From positions 385,516,001 through 385,580,000 of the forward strand of contig OZ024740.1 of assembly GCA_964016885.1 (NCBI GenBank): DNA of 64,000 nt, read 5' to 3'. Positions 12,960 through 26,270 of this stretch are shown here, one piece after another. How positions within the stretch are numbered: position 1 is the stretch's first letter; the number at the start of each line of letters is the position of its first letter. The notes under the pieces were generated by a model. The model was not told where the DNA came from, searched no databases, and saw only the letters and a program-made list of their open reading frames with translations. The translations under genes were made by a program, and so were the position numbers. This stretch comes from Eledone cirrhosa. Its lineage: Eukaryota.

Positions 12960-14950
12960 TAGTCTAAGTAGTTTTATAGATCCACTCTGGTTACTTTGTT
13001 TTTTCTCTGTGTCTAAGCAGTAGGTATAGGCAGTTTATATCAGGTTTTGGATAGTAAGTTTGTAATGCAGTTAGTAATTTTATCACTTTCATGTCTAAAC
13101 TCTTCAGTTCACTTAACTTTCAATTGATTATATTGAAGCTGTAGTTTGTAACTGGGATGGTTAGTGATAAGCTTATCACTGCCATTGAGTTCAATTTTTA
13201 ATCTTCTTTTATTTTCTCCTTCATTTCTATGTTATATCTTATCAGATTCATCCAGTTCTAAGTAATATATGAGTAGTATGTTGTAATTCTCTGATTTCAG
13301 TATCTAAATTTTGCTTAAAATTTTAAATATTAATTTATTTGGTCCCTATTTAGAACATATTTATCACATTTGTCTAATCTATGTACAGTTTTTAGTAAGT
13401 TCTGTATTTGTGTATAATTATAAATCATCTCTATAGAGGCAATTTCTTATAGCTTTTCCGGGACATTTATAACCAATTGTGGTTTGACTTAACAGGTGTG
13501 TTTGTGTTAACAAGAGTTCTGGAGAAGAATAGAGAGGAATCCCTTATGGGACTGAGGGTAATTTTTATTATTTTCTCTTCATCTTTCACTGATATTACTC
13601 TTGGTTTCTACACTATTTTAGTATATCAGCTGATTTGTTTTCCAGAATTATATCATATGTTGTTAAATATTTCTGGTATTAGGAAGGACATCCAGCCATA
13701 GAAACCAAGCCTAAAAAAATGTACAAGCAAATTGTAGTTATTTGACAAGTCTGGCTTTAATACATGACAGCCTGTCCAACTTAGGCAAGTTTGGAAAATA
13801 GATGTTAAATGATGATGATGAATTATTAAAATATTTGTATTTCTCTTTATGCAGTTTTCAATAACTGCTCAGTGTTCTAATAACTATTCTTTACATTCAT
13901 TCATACCTTTTTGATCTTCTAGTAAGACATCTTCTCGGGGAGTACCCAGCCTGTTGGAGCACCTAGTTGCCTGTGTTTTATATTTTGTTGGTAAACAGGT
14001 TATTGTTTGGTAAGGGAGGGGATCATTAGCCTTTTTGTTTTGTTGGGTAGTAATGTTGTTTTCTCCTCTTTTAAACCAGTTAGGTGTTGCTATTGCTTCA
14101 TGTATACTGGTTAAGTAGTTTAACCAGAAATTGGAGATTATTGATTCTGAAAGTTTTCCAGTTACTTGTAAATTTGGTAAATTTTGTGTAGTTATGTTGG
14201 GTCGTGATTGTGGTGTATTTGTGTTTTACTTCATCCTCGCCTCTATTATTCATTGTGAATATTAATAGTGATGTATGCTTTTGTTCTAAGTTCCCTTCCG
14301 ATATAATTGGATTTCTGTTCCTTGTGTATCCTCTAGTGTGATGGTTTTATCTCTAATATATTAAATTCCGGTTAAAAGTCTTTAATACTTGTTTCAAATA
14401 CATGATTCTGATTGAAGAGGCATTTGCATTTATCAAAGTGTCTTATCTAGCATGTCTTTGTCAGGATATGTTGTTTCGAAGTTTCTCTTTCAGGATCCTT
14501 TTTTTAACATTTCATTCATTTCTCATTCTCATTTTTTTTTTTTTTTTATCAGACATCTTCCTTTATATTTCTCTCAGAATGATTTTTTTTTCTTTTTTCT
14601 TGTTGATTTTGTATTTTATATTTCCTTTCCTATGCTTTTGAGGGTTCACTTACCAAACTAGATTTCTTCTGACACTTCCGTAGCTACTTGATGAATTATA
14701 TTATTTAGTCTATTGATTCATATTTGCTTCTGTAAAAAGAATTTCATCGAGAAGTTGGTTATATTTGGCTATTATGCCCAGGAGATGTTTGTTTATATGT
14801 AGCTTGAAGAGGTGTTTCTTTATATACATATTTATGGATTTTGTTATAGTCAGTTCTATTGTCATCATCATTTTTTTTGTTAAATTTTATTCAGTGGTAA
14901 TGTTGTTTGCTCTTTTGCGATGTTTGTTCTAATTACATTTGTTGATATTT
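12960..14950 (-). mobile_element. Decayed R4/Dong-clade non-LTR retrotransposon RT region
   Basis: Broken minus-strand frames give NFWL.YLTSIHE, PNWF...TTLLP...YQTITCLPTKYK, LLEDQKG, CLYRDDL and TIPVTNYSFNIIN*KLSELKSLDMKVIKLLT...PKPDIN, matching R4/Dong motifs. Interrupted by an RTE-tail fragment at about 13670-13820. Boundaries approximate. Confidence 0.7.
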
Positions 14951-15479
14951 TCAGAGGTGAAATTATGTCAGTTAGATCATTAAGCATGGCTTGGATGCTG
15001 CTGACTTTTCTTGCAGCTCAAGCCAGTGGGATTGGATTTAAGGCATGGCAGCAGGTCAGGTGGTATCATGATCTTGGATGCAACATGCAATGGCACTTTC
15101 TCCAATGGCAACTTGGTGCATTCAATGGCAGACCCACCCAGGCATAGTTGCCTGACAGGCTAAAGATCACAGTTTTTGAAGCATAGGCTACTTTCTGATA
15201 GGTGTGTTGGTCCTTGATCCTTATGCCACCTTTTTACTCACTGCTATCGGGGCAGAGTTAGCTACCCAACAGGGTGAGCCCTGTAAACAGGAATTGCTAT
15301 TTCAATGCATATCCCTCGCTATTCTCTAGGGCAATGCTTTCCCCATTGTCTATTGAAACCATGAGGAGGCTTCTGTCTGGGGCTCTGCATAACAGAGATT
15401 ATTCTCTCATAATCTGCTCCCTCCACCACATCATTAGGATAGAGATGGTTGATTATTCTTTCTCATATTTCAACTCACT

Positions 15480-15533
<54 letters not shown>

Positions 15534-16696
15534 GTATATTTGTATATATGTATATATATATATATATAAACAGGTCAGAAGAGTTGGTTGTTTATATGGA
15601 ATCCCTAGTAGTCATCTTCCTTATATTGGATTTTATTATTTTCTCTCTGTTTTTGTTAGGTTGTGGTGACTCAGTCTTTTCCCATGGGATCAGTTCTTTT
15701 GTATTATTTTAATTGTATTTTGAGTTCTTATTTACTCCACATATGTGGTCGCTTTTGTGTTATTTTCTTTGTGTGACAAGTTATGAGTTGTTTATTATAA
15801 ATCTGTATATTTGCACCAGCATGGGAGTATGGACATTAAATGATGATGCGAACGATGGTTTAGTTGTTCTCTTATATCTTTGTGGGTTTTTTTCATCTCT
15901 ATATTATATACAATATATTTTTTATGGCGATATTATGTGTTGCATATATTATGACAGTGTAGTATATGCGTCACACTCTATTTATTGTTCTCTGGTACAT
16001 TAGTTCCTTGTAGTTTTAATTTTATTTCGATGGATGCTTGTGAGCCATTTTTGTTGGTAATTTCCTTTATAACAGGACATCACTCCAAACACACGTGTTG
16101 CACATGCTTTGCTGTGTGATTGCATTACACTCACACTATGGTGTTCATCATACAACTTGGGCTAACAAGTAATGTTTTTGTTGCTGTTTTGTGATTGGTT
16201 TTGTGATTGTTTATGATTGGTGTATCATATTAGAATTGATTTTGTTTTAAGTTGTTTTAAGTTGGTTTGTTTTAATTTGTTTGTGTGTCCCCCATCTTGT
16301 TTATTTGTTATGATTTCACCTTGTTATTTGTTAGTGCAAAGAGTATATATCTTTTGCAAAATCAAGTCAAGAAACACTTAACATAACTATTAATTGTACT
16401 TAATGGTGTCTGATTAAAATCACTCTTTATCTGATTTGTTATTTTTGCTTTTCGATTTTGATGATGCTATTAGATATTTTTTCCTTTCTTTTCCACATGA
16501 CACTGTCTCATTTCTAACAGAAGGCCATGTGACTATTATTATTGATGTTATTATTACTACAATCATCATTATCACTACAATCATCATTATCACTATTTGT
16601 ATTTTCATCTAGCAATAACCAGGCCCCAGATAACCCTCATTGGTTATTGCAGTTCCATAATGAGTGAGGGTTATCTGAGGTATGGTTGTTGTTATT

Positions 16697-16918
16697 GGTG
16701 GATTGGCAGTATTGGTAGAGGGTCAGACGTCATGCTTGGCAGCATAGTTACGCCCCTTTATGATCTGAGTTCAAATCCCGCCAAGGTTAAGTTTGCCTTT
16801 CATCCTTACGGGGTCGATAAAATAAAGTACCAGTCACGCACTGGGGTCGATTTAATCGACTTTCCCCTCCCCCATACTTGCTGGCCTTGTGCCTATATAA
16901 GAAACCATTATTATTATT
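16697..16918 (+). mobile_element. tRNA-derived SINE, long variant (extra GGGGTCGATTTAATCGAC segment)
   Basis: Family head and body with (ATT)n tail; a degenerate copy follows at about 16972-17180. Confidence 0.88.
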
Positions 16919-18084
16919 GTTACCATTATTATTATTTAACACACAAAAATTTAGAAATCATTATCATCCATATGGTGAGGGGTTGGCAGACTTGTTGGAA
17001 CATCAGACAAATTGCCTTATGGTTTTTAGTTATAGCTCTTTATTTTCTCAGTCCAAATGGTTAACTTTACTTTTTATACTTCTGGGGTTGATAAAATAAA
17101 GTACCACTTAAGTACTGGTGTTGGTATAACTGCTTAACCCCTCCCACCAAACTGCTGGCCTTGGGCCTAAATTAGAAAGGTTTATTTAAACACCTAATTA
17201 AAAGGCTAAACAAGTTTGCTACAGAAAGCTATTATATTGCATTCTTTAGTGGCAAATTCCAAGTTACTCTATGTAAAAAATACCACTCTCATTCTGCAAT
17301 TAAAATGTTAACTCTCTCAAATGTAAACTGTCTGAAATCACCTCAGGTTTTATGATAGAGACCTGTATATTTTCAAGTATTTGTATTTATCTAAAATCTT
17401 CCATCGTAATTTTATATAAGATCGTTTCAGTTATATTCCAAACAGCAGCTTAATAATGAGGCAGTTTTATTATTACTAAATCCCTTCTCTTCATTAATTT
17501 CAAAATTATTGGAAAATAATAGGCACTGTTAGCTTTCAACTGTAAAAGACAACAAACTATATGCAAATATTTCCAAAAATCTCAAGAAATTCCCAATGTA
17601 TACAAACATATCATCTATTATTTTCAAAACAACCCTCCAGTATTTATTAACTATTATTTACAAAACTACCTGCGAGTATTCAAAAATCAGTAAAAAGAAT
17701 TTGTGTTGTTCTGCAAGAAAGAAAATTTAATTTTCAAATGAATTTAGTTTTATTGTATCAAAGTTTTGTGTTTGACATTTATTTTGATTTCTATTTTGAC
17801 AAATTTAATAAAAGTGTAGTTTCCTGTGTATATTTTCTTCTCATCAATGTTCTCTGTGTAATTATCATACCTCCATGATGGAAAGCTTTCTTTTCTTAAA
17901 TGACATATCAAACAAGGAAAAAATATATCTTTAGCTGAATTTTATTCCCAAATATATGATTTCTTATATAGTTGACAGCAACATCCGTCGTCTTTGATAA
18001 AATGGTTTCAATGATGCAAAAGTTAGCTTTATTGATCTTGTGGCAACCGGTAGCTGTCATTTTAGAAGTGTTCTACAATTCATA

Positions 18085-18086
<2 letters not shown>

Positions 18087-18170
<84 letters not shown>

Positions 18171-18174
18171 TCTT

Positions 18175-18256
<82 letters not shown>
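18087..18256. repeat. (CT)n microsatellite
   Basis: Direct inspection. Confidence 0.98.
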
Positions 18257-18260
<4 letters not shown>

Positions 18261-21213
18261 TTTTTTAGCCTCAGAGGATTTCTTTTTTGTTTTGCTTTTT
18301 GTATGATCAAACATTCTTTAGAGTTATTTTTGTTGTTGCTGTTGTCATTGATATTATGTTTGTGGCAAAGCATTTTCTCTATCCAGGCCTTTTGTTGAAG
18401 ATGTAAAGATGTTTGCAAGTTTTATTTTATATTTGTTTTTGTTTTATATTGTTGGAATCTTGACAGTAACTTCCATACAGAAAGATTTTTTCTGTAAACA
18501 TGCATCGGTGCTCTTGATCACACACATGTTGAGCTTAGTCAGTGGCTGAAGCTAACAAAAAAATTGTGACACTATAGACACTGATTACAAATGAAACCAA
18601 ATGAAATCAGAATTTATCAATTAACTGTTGTTGGGTAAGCTCTGAATAGATTTAATTGTTGATGAATAGCTTCAGAGAGCTCTGAATTTGGCATTCTATG
18701 GTAGAAGACTTGTCAAATGAACATGAATGTGAGATCCATTTGCATTAAGTAGGTTTGTCTTAGATTTAGGAATTCACACTTAAGAAATTATGTGAAACTG
18801 CTACATTAACTTAGCAGCTTGGCAGTATTAGAAATGAACTCCATCACTCGTGTTGATGCTGCTGTTGTTGTTGTTGATGCTAAATTGTTTTGGAAAAATG
18901 CTTGAATGAAATTCAATACTTGTAAAGGAACATGCCATATAGTCATCATAAGTAATGCCAATTTATTTTCTAGTTGGGTGGAAAATTCATCTGTATTTCT
19001 ATCATTCTTTAATGAGGAAAAAATGTAATCTACTTGTGTTGATAACTGAACTCATAACTTTCAATTATTTAATTCTTAGAGACCTGTACCACATAAAACC
19101 ACATTATCAAGGCATTCTTGAAAAGTGCAAAGCAACACTATGACTGCATCATATTAGGAATTAAAGTCTTTGATCTATCTATTACTACAAATTTTCACAA
19201 TGTTCTGTCCACCAGTAAAACATTTGAATCAACAAGCATATCTTTAGCTATTTTGTGGTTAATCATTACAGAATGTTAAAAGTTTAGCTAGTTGCTAGTT
19301 ATCCAGCATAAAAAAATACTATTAATGTCACACCAGGAGCTCTTTGAATATTGTTTTATATTTATTTATATTTTAGTTATAAGGATTTTCAGGGAAGAGA
19401 AAAATATTGTATGGAATTTGGTTTTCAAGAGCATTAGCTATTTAATTGAAATAAAATGCTTACTACTGAGAATCAAAACTAGGTTGTGCCCTCAGCTTAA
19501 GAAGAATGTATATCTGCAGTATCTACACTTTTAGATTAAATATTAGTGTGTATCATATTACTAAAATGTTAAAAATTATATTTAAATTTTGTACCAATGG
19601 ATCTTTTGTGGTTTAGAATTTGTAACCCTTCACTAACGAATTTTCAAATAGAAAGATCTACTCACCACATTCAGGATATTTGTAATTAAATGTAGGGGAG
19701 GATGATTGGAAATATTCTCTAAATTAGAGTATATTATCCCCTAATGAATATAGTTGTTTTTATTTTGCTATTGAACTCCATCATAAATGGGTATGTCACT
19801 CTTCATAAATGAAATGACATGTCCATGAATGCTGCTATCTGGCAGGAATTGGTGAATTGAACTCCTGTTTTCTGATTACACAGAAGAAAAATGTCATGTG
19901 AGAAATATATTCCAGATGACAGTTATTGGAGTGAAATAAGCATGACAAAGATTATAGGTTTTGTGTGGTATTGGTATAGTTTGTATGTTGTTTAAGATGA
20001 AAAAATATGTGTTTATATATATATATTGTGTGTGTGCGTTGGCTGTTACACACATATGCTCAGAATCTCAATTCTTGAATTGAAGATGATTTGTAACTTT
20101 CATGGAAATCTATTTTTACTAGCATTAGCTTTTCCAGATGAAGGAAAATATAAAAGGAAGAATATATTCAACTGTTTTAGAGGATTTTATTTTCAGCTTG
20201 TGATCAAGTTGTCAACTGAAAGTTTATTTTTACTTCCCATTATGTTAGTTTAGTTTCTCAGACAATGGTTTTGATTGTTTACGTTTTTGATTTATTTGGT
20301 TTATTTTTTTATTTTCTACACTCAACCCCCTTTCTATTTAAAACTTTGGAGATGGCGTTTTTTTATATCATTAAGTGCACACACACACAAACACACATAC
20401 ATTTATCTCCTCACACTCTATACATTCTATAATTGAAGAGAAAGTTGAAATTTACATTTAACTACTGGCTGGTTGAGGTAATCTAATTTCTAACTTGACT
20501 TCTATATTTTGAATTATCAAAATACAATGATCTTTTAAGCTAGCTGCATCATTTCATATTGTCCTTAACTGAATGAGGTTCATTAATGATTCTGATTTTA
20601 TTCTACTGAACTAAATTATAACAATCACTTATTCTGTTTTGGGAGTTATGAGGGGCATTCAGTGTATCTGGTTTAGAATAGGGACACTATATCCATGCAT
20701 ATTGTAAGAAGTGCCAGGAAAGTCATCTTGGCTGTAAAAAAGTCCCATCCAACCCATGCCATCATCGAAATGTTGATATATAAATGATGATGATTCATGT
20801 TTGATATCACTATCAAATCGACTCTTCCTGCCCAATGCCCAAATTTACAGAAACACCCAAGTAATGACAGAAAAGGGAAACAGATGGAAAATACATTTCA
20901 AAAATTAAAAGAAAAAATGGAGTATGAAAAGAGAGATTTGAAGATTAATTATAAACTGACAGTATATTTTAAAAAAATGTTTTTCAGCTATTACACTAAA
21001 CCTTTCTAAACAACTTTACTATTGTTAAGGTCTTTGCTCATTCTCATATTTCATAACCCCTTATCGTATTTGATTATCTAAACTAACAATGAATAATGTA
21101 ACCATTGTAATGTTTTTCCTAATTGCAAAAGCATTTATTTATTTAGTCCTTTTAAAACAAGACTATTGGGAGAGTGGGAAGCATCTAGAAACCTAAAATG
21201 CTTTGATTTTTAA

Positions 21214-21671
21214 CCCTTTGAATATGAGCAGCAAAATTATTGGTCAGGACATTGTAGCATCCATTGTGAGCATTGCAGTGCCCACAACATATGAGCAGTC
21301 TATTAGTTTCAAATTGTCCTAGCTTATAAACACATTGTCTTACAACCTCCCCACCATGATCTACAGCTTGTATGTTCACAAGAAATATATTTGTGGATTG
21401 GTATGAATTTGTTCAATGTTTATTGACCTAAATCACTCAAAATTGCCTAGAGATAGATATCAACTGACCAGGTACTAGCTCAAATATTAGATTCTGACAA
21501 GGAAAATGTACAGAATGATAATTTTCAGTAATGATAGGAATTTTGAAAGTGAAAGTGATGACAATGATGTGAGTGGACATAGCAGTGTAGTTATAACTGC
21601 TGAGTTAAATGATGGTGCACACTATATATGCCCCAATATATGTAGGGTAGAGGCCACAAAACATTCAAGGG
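21214..21671 (+). mobile_element. Possible internally deleted piggyBac-like element
   Basis: Termini TTAA|CCCTTTGAATAT ... ACATTCAAGGG|TTCA; an internal acidic stretch (DSDKENVQNDN...ESESDDNDVSG) resembles piggyBac N-termini. Confidence 0.45.
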
Positions 21672-23422
21672 TTCAGTAGTCAAAGGACTGAATAATTCAG
21701 GAAAGATAGAGAGCTTTTATGTTTCCTTCTTGCTACTATCCATAGTTAAATGGTTTCACAGTTACAGGGTTCCATATCAAATGCTGAAGCATGTGTTTTG
21801 TCATCCTTAATGTTAATAACTCACTTCTTGTCTGTAGAGTTATCTGCTCTGTTTAAGGACTCAACACAATACCAATTATAGAATTGTTATTGCTCTTGTT
21901 TAGGTTCAGGCCAGCCTTCACCAAGTAGACCATCCTGTTTTATTTTTTCAGATTTAGTATATACAGATGTTTAATTGAGAGAGTCGTTAGCACATCAGCT
22001 TAAATGACTCAATATTTGTTCTTGTGTTCTGTGCCCTCTGAGTTCATATCCCACCAAGATCAACTTTGCCATTCATACTTTTGAGGTCGATAAATATAAT
22101 ATCAATTCAGTACTGGAGTCATTTCTTCCTCTATCTCTCTTTGCTCCACCCCCTCTTTCTTTCACATGAGCTGGAATCTACATGAATATGCAGTTAACTA
22201 GGTTTGGTGTTTTATAACTTACTATACTCTCTCTCTCTAGAAGAAGTCAGCTGTTTGACCTGGAAAGTGATGGTCTCCCAGTTTTTAAATGTCCAAGAAA
22301 TGCCATGGTTCAAGATGGCACCCATATGAATATTAGGTAGAGGTTCTTTCCTTTCCATTTGTAGGACTACATTATTTAATATGCCATTTCTTTTTCAAAA
22401 CAAGGTGTAATTTGAGGTAGATTTGACTGCTAGTTCTAGAAGGCCAAGCAATCACATAGAGGCTCCCTATATTCTTCTTTTTTTTACATTTGTTTTTGTT
22501 TGTTTGTGTGTGGTTTTCTTTGGGGGAGGGGGTCTGTGCGAGGGAGGTGCTTGATATATTAACATTTTTATATTTAAGTTCTTGTGCTTGTTTTTTTTTG
22601 TTTTTTTTTACACATTTTTAAATGAAATGGATATCTTTCACAGCTGAAGTCACAAAGACATACATCATAGTCTTTATGATTTCAGCAGGGTTTCCAGATT
22701 GGGCTATAAGTAGCAGATTATCCTGGCTTCCATCACTACATGCTTCTATTTAATTCTTTAATTTGGGCTAATTGGTGATTTAGAAATTTATTTCTTAAAG
22801 GTAAGAATCCTATTGAATATCATATTAAATTATTGATTAAGTAAATTTAAACCAGCCTAAAAGCAAACTTAATATGTATATTTTTAATTTACTTGCAAGT
22901 CTTTCATCTTGCATTACTTTCTAAAACTAATGGCTTCTTTTTGAAAATTTTGAGCTACTTTTTATCAAACTGATTTGGCAACCCGGGAAAAGCGGACGTA
23001 AAATGATGATGATGATGATGATATTGAGACATGTAAATATATGACTGATGTCACTGCTTGACATATACTTTCATAAAGAAAGTTCATATTGCAGTCATAT
23101 AATGCTGACTGTACTTAATACTGAGTGCAGTGAGACAATCTAAATACGACTGATAAAGTCTTAGTGAAGAAGAAATTATAATATAATGATTTTACCACTG
23201 TCAAAAGAAGCATGAGTAGAATATTCTCTTTTGTAAATTTCGACATTTGCATGTTGTTGCATTGATTTCTTACTATTTGCTGAATTGTAAAATAAGCATA
23301 GTACCTGGTGTCTGTCATGCAAACTTAAGCAAGCAGTGTTGTAGCTTACCTAATTGTGCAAATTGTCAATAATGAGAAACCTTAATGTCACTGCCTCTAA
23401 GGCTTCTTATTGATTAAGGATA

Positions 23423-23869
23423 TTAACCCTTTTGACACTAATCTGCTTGAGACTGCCTTTGATTCTATGATACAAAAATGTCCAAAATATTCCATTCTGA
23501 TTTTATGTAAGAACCTTTATTTATGTTCTAAACATTAGTTTAATAATAAATGTTTCTACTTTTGGCACAAGGCCAGCAATTACTCCAGTGTATTACTGGT
23601 ACATTATTTTATCGACCCCGTAAGGATGAAAGGCAAAGTTAACCTCAGTGGAATTTGAACTCAGGCCATAAAGGACCATAACTCTATGCTGCAAAGCATG
23701 GTGTTTGATCCTCTACCAATTCTGCCAATCTACTACTATTAGTTTAATAATAATAATGAGGAAGTTAGTTATTTTACTAAATCACTCCAAATTCTTTATT
23801 ATTTTCAAAATTAATTGAAATGATGATCGATAGTGTGTTTTATTAGAAATATGGTCATGAAAGGATTCA
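23423..23869 (+). mobile_element. TTAA-flanked MITE (piggyBac-like) interrupted by a SINE
   Basis: Left end TTAACCCTTTTGA; internal ttttatgtaagaacc...ttatgttc...ttttactaaat...attttcaaaattaattg...atatgg motifs shared with other copies. Confidence 0.65.
23550..23737 (-). mobile_element. tRNA-derived SINE with 16-bp TSD
   Basis: ATTAGTTTAATAATAA at 23534-23549 and 23738-23753. Confidence 0.92.
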
Positions 23870-25804
23870 ATAAAACAAAAGTGTAGTTTTCTTTAAATGA
23901 AAACTTTCAGAACTTATTTGGTTATGTATAAGTTAGAGGAATGTTTATGGTGCCAAAGATATAACTTTCAAGAAAGATGGTGTATTGCTTTTATACATTT
24001 GGAAGAAGTGAACCATAAGGTTAACTATCTCTTATCTAATATATTTTGTTAGGCAAGCAGTATTCTTGCCAACTTTAATATATGTTGTATCTCTCTAAGG
24101 ATGCAGAAGGGTGAGCCCTAATGGTTGTCGCCCTAATTGACTTACTAGTATAAATGGTTTGTCAATGAACAAATATAAATTTAAGGCAAATTTTCTTCAT
24201 CATGTCCCCCCTTCTTTCTCTTGCTTTATTTTTCTTTAACTGTTTCCCAATAATAGTATAGCTTGGTTCGTTTTGAAAGTTCTGAGCTGTCTGTACTATG
24301 AATTCATGCTAACTACTCAACAATCTCTAGAGAATAATACTTCATTTTCAGCTAGATAGAGCAAGTAGCATAATTATATTTCTTTTAACCACTACTAATT
24401 GTAACTTTTCCAATTACCCTAAAATTGTATAATGAGTCAATAAGACCATGAAATTTCCCCTTATTTATATAATAACATTTATAAGTTTAGATCATTTTAA
24501 TGTTGATTTAGCTCTATATCCCTCTTGGGCAGTGAAAATCTGAACCTTAACATCATATCCACTGACTGATTCTAATTGATTAGGAATATTAAATAACCAA
24601 AAGTATAGTTTCCTTTAAACAATAGCTCCAGTTTATGATGCAGAACATTCAGATGTTTATGATTGAAGAATTATTTAGGTTTGAAGAATTGAAACAGTGG
24701 TTAGTCAAAAGTAAGATAATTATTTGTTGAGTTCTATAGTTGGAACTAAATTTCTTCTTAGTCAGTCTCCACTATCACAGGTAAAAGTCTAATTAATCAA
24801 AGTTGACTGGGGCTACACTACAAACATTTCGATATACTTTGTACTATCAATAAAGAACCTGCTTGGTTTCATTTCTGAAGGATTTTGACAGCTCCCTCGT
24901 CATTTATTTTTTAATATTTCATGAACTAATCGGATGGATTATGTTTTCATTAAAAATCCTTGAAATGCAGAAGGGATAAGTAGAATTTGGTACAGTCCTA
25001 TAAATCACTCATGTTGCTGAGATTAGAACAAGTCTGAAAGATACTGAAAGAAATATTGTTGTCCAAGAGAAAATTTAACTTACATTAACAAAATAGTGCT
25101 ACTAAATTAGTATTCATTCTTAAACAGTGTTTGTTAAGCAATAATTGGGATTCTGAACTGATACTTATAGCAAAACATATTGAGTATATAATTTATTTTT
25201 CTTTAAACTTTGATCTCAAACAGAATTAATATTTTCCGAGTTTCTTGAAGCAAAATAATGACAGGCAATATTTTTATTCTTTAGGGCACTCTAATTTTAA
25301 TTTTCATATAACTTGTCATTGATTCTTTCAATCTTTGATTTAAGGCAGCATCAAAGAGTACACTTTCTACAAACTAATAACTTTACTCTATCCGGTTTTT
25401 TTTTCCAATATGTTGTATACATTTATTTGTATATAGCGTGTTATAGTTGTAGCTTTTTGCAAAACATAATTTGATAACTTAGTGTAAAGTATTGGTTTAC
25501 TCTTAGGTGAAAGTTGTTATTATGAATTTTTTTTTCAATTACTTTATATATAGAACAGATCAGTTTACAAAATATTTTTTTTTTCCCTTTTATATTAAAA
25601 AAAATATAGATAACCCTTTATATATTAGATGACTGCATATATTTGAGAAATGTTTTTATAAAACACTGGTTTAACAAAATGGCTGGTATGAAAGAATATC
25701 TTATTAGAGAGACAGAAGACTAGAATCCAGGATAGCTGAAATACCATAAATATCTTTAAGGATTATCTATATATTCAAAAGTAAGAAAGTAACTTTTTTA
25801 TGCT

Positions 25805-25975
25805 TTAACCCTTTCCTTACTATATATCAAATAAAAGTCATTGATAACGGGTTTTCAATAATTTTGATTATCAAAAAGTTAGAGAGATTTAGTAAAGAAA
25901 AAAGCTGGTGTTTGGAACATCACTTAACAAAGTTTTCTCTTTAGATAAATAAAAATACGTTGAACAAAGGGTTAA
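25805..25975 (-). mobile_element. TTAA MITE copy (short)
   Basis: TTAACCCTTT ... AAAGGGTTAA termini; aagctggtgtttggaacat motif shared with the 46257 and 47180 copies. Confidence 0.65.
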
Positions 25976-26089
25976 AATAATTGTATAAGTAAGAGAAGAC
26001 AATGTCCATAACTGTCTTAAGACCCTTCCTTACCATGTGGCTGCAGTAACTAGGTGAGAATAATACAGTTACCAATACTTGATTGACTG

Positions 26090-26270
26090 CTTCCTTTTTG
26101 TGCTGGTCACCATCGAGACCTCTGGTGTCCTTGATCCCCTAATTGTCGTTTTCCTCTGCAAAATTTGTAAGAGAACACTCCCACTAGAAAAATGAGCCTC
26201 TGAGAGGTGGAATGGCTGATGTAGCAGGTGTTGCTGGCTGTTCTATGTGGCAATGCTTTCCTCATTTAGT
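26090..26270 (+). mobile_element. CRE-clade non-LTR 3' fragment (restriction-like endonuclease end), decayed
   Basis: FVLVTIETSGVLDP...EP...EWLM*QVLLAVLCGNAFLI resembles the CRE C-terminal F.P.A.ET.G..GP...L.QR.S.A..RGNA motif. Confidence 0.55.

Noticed and set aside
17972-18085. Short plus-strand open frame after an AG
   Set aside because: No convincing donor or recognisable peptide.
18040-18418. SLSL/RERE ORFs
   Set aside because: Translations of the (CT)n repeat.
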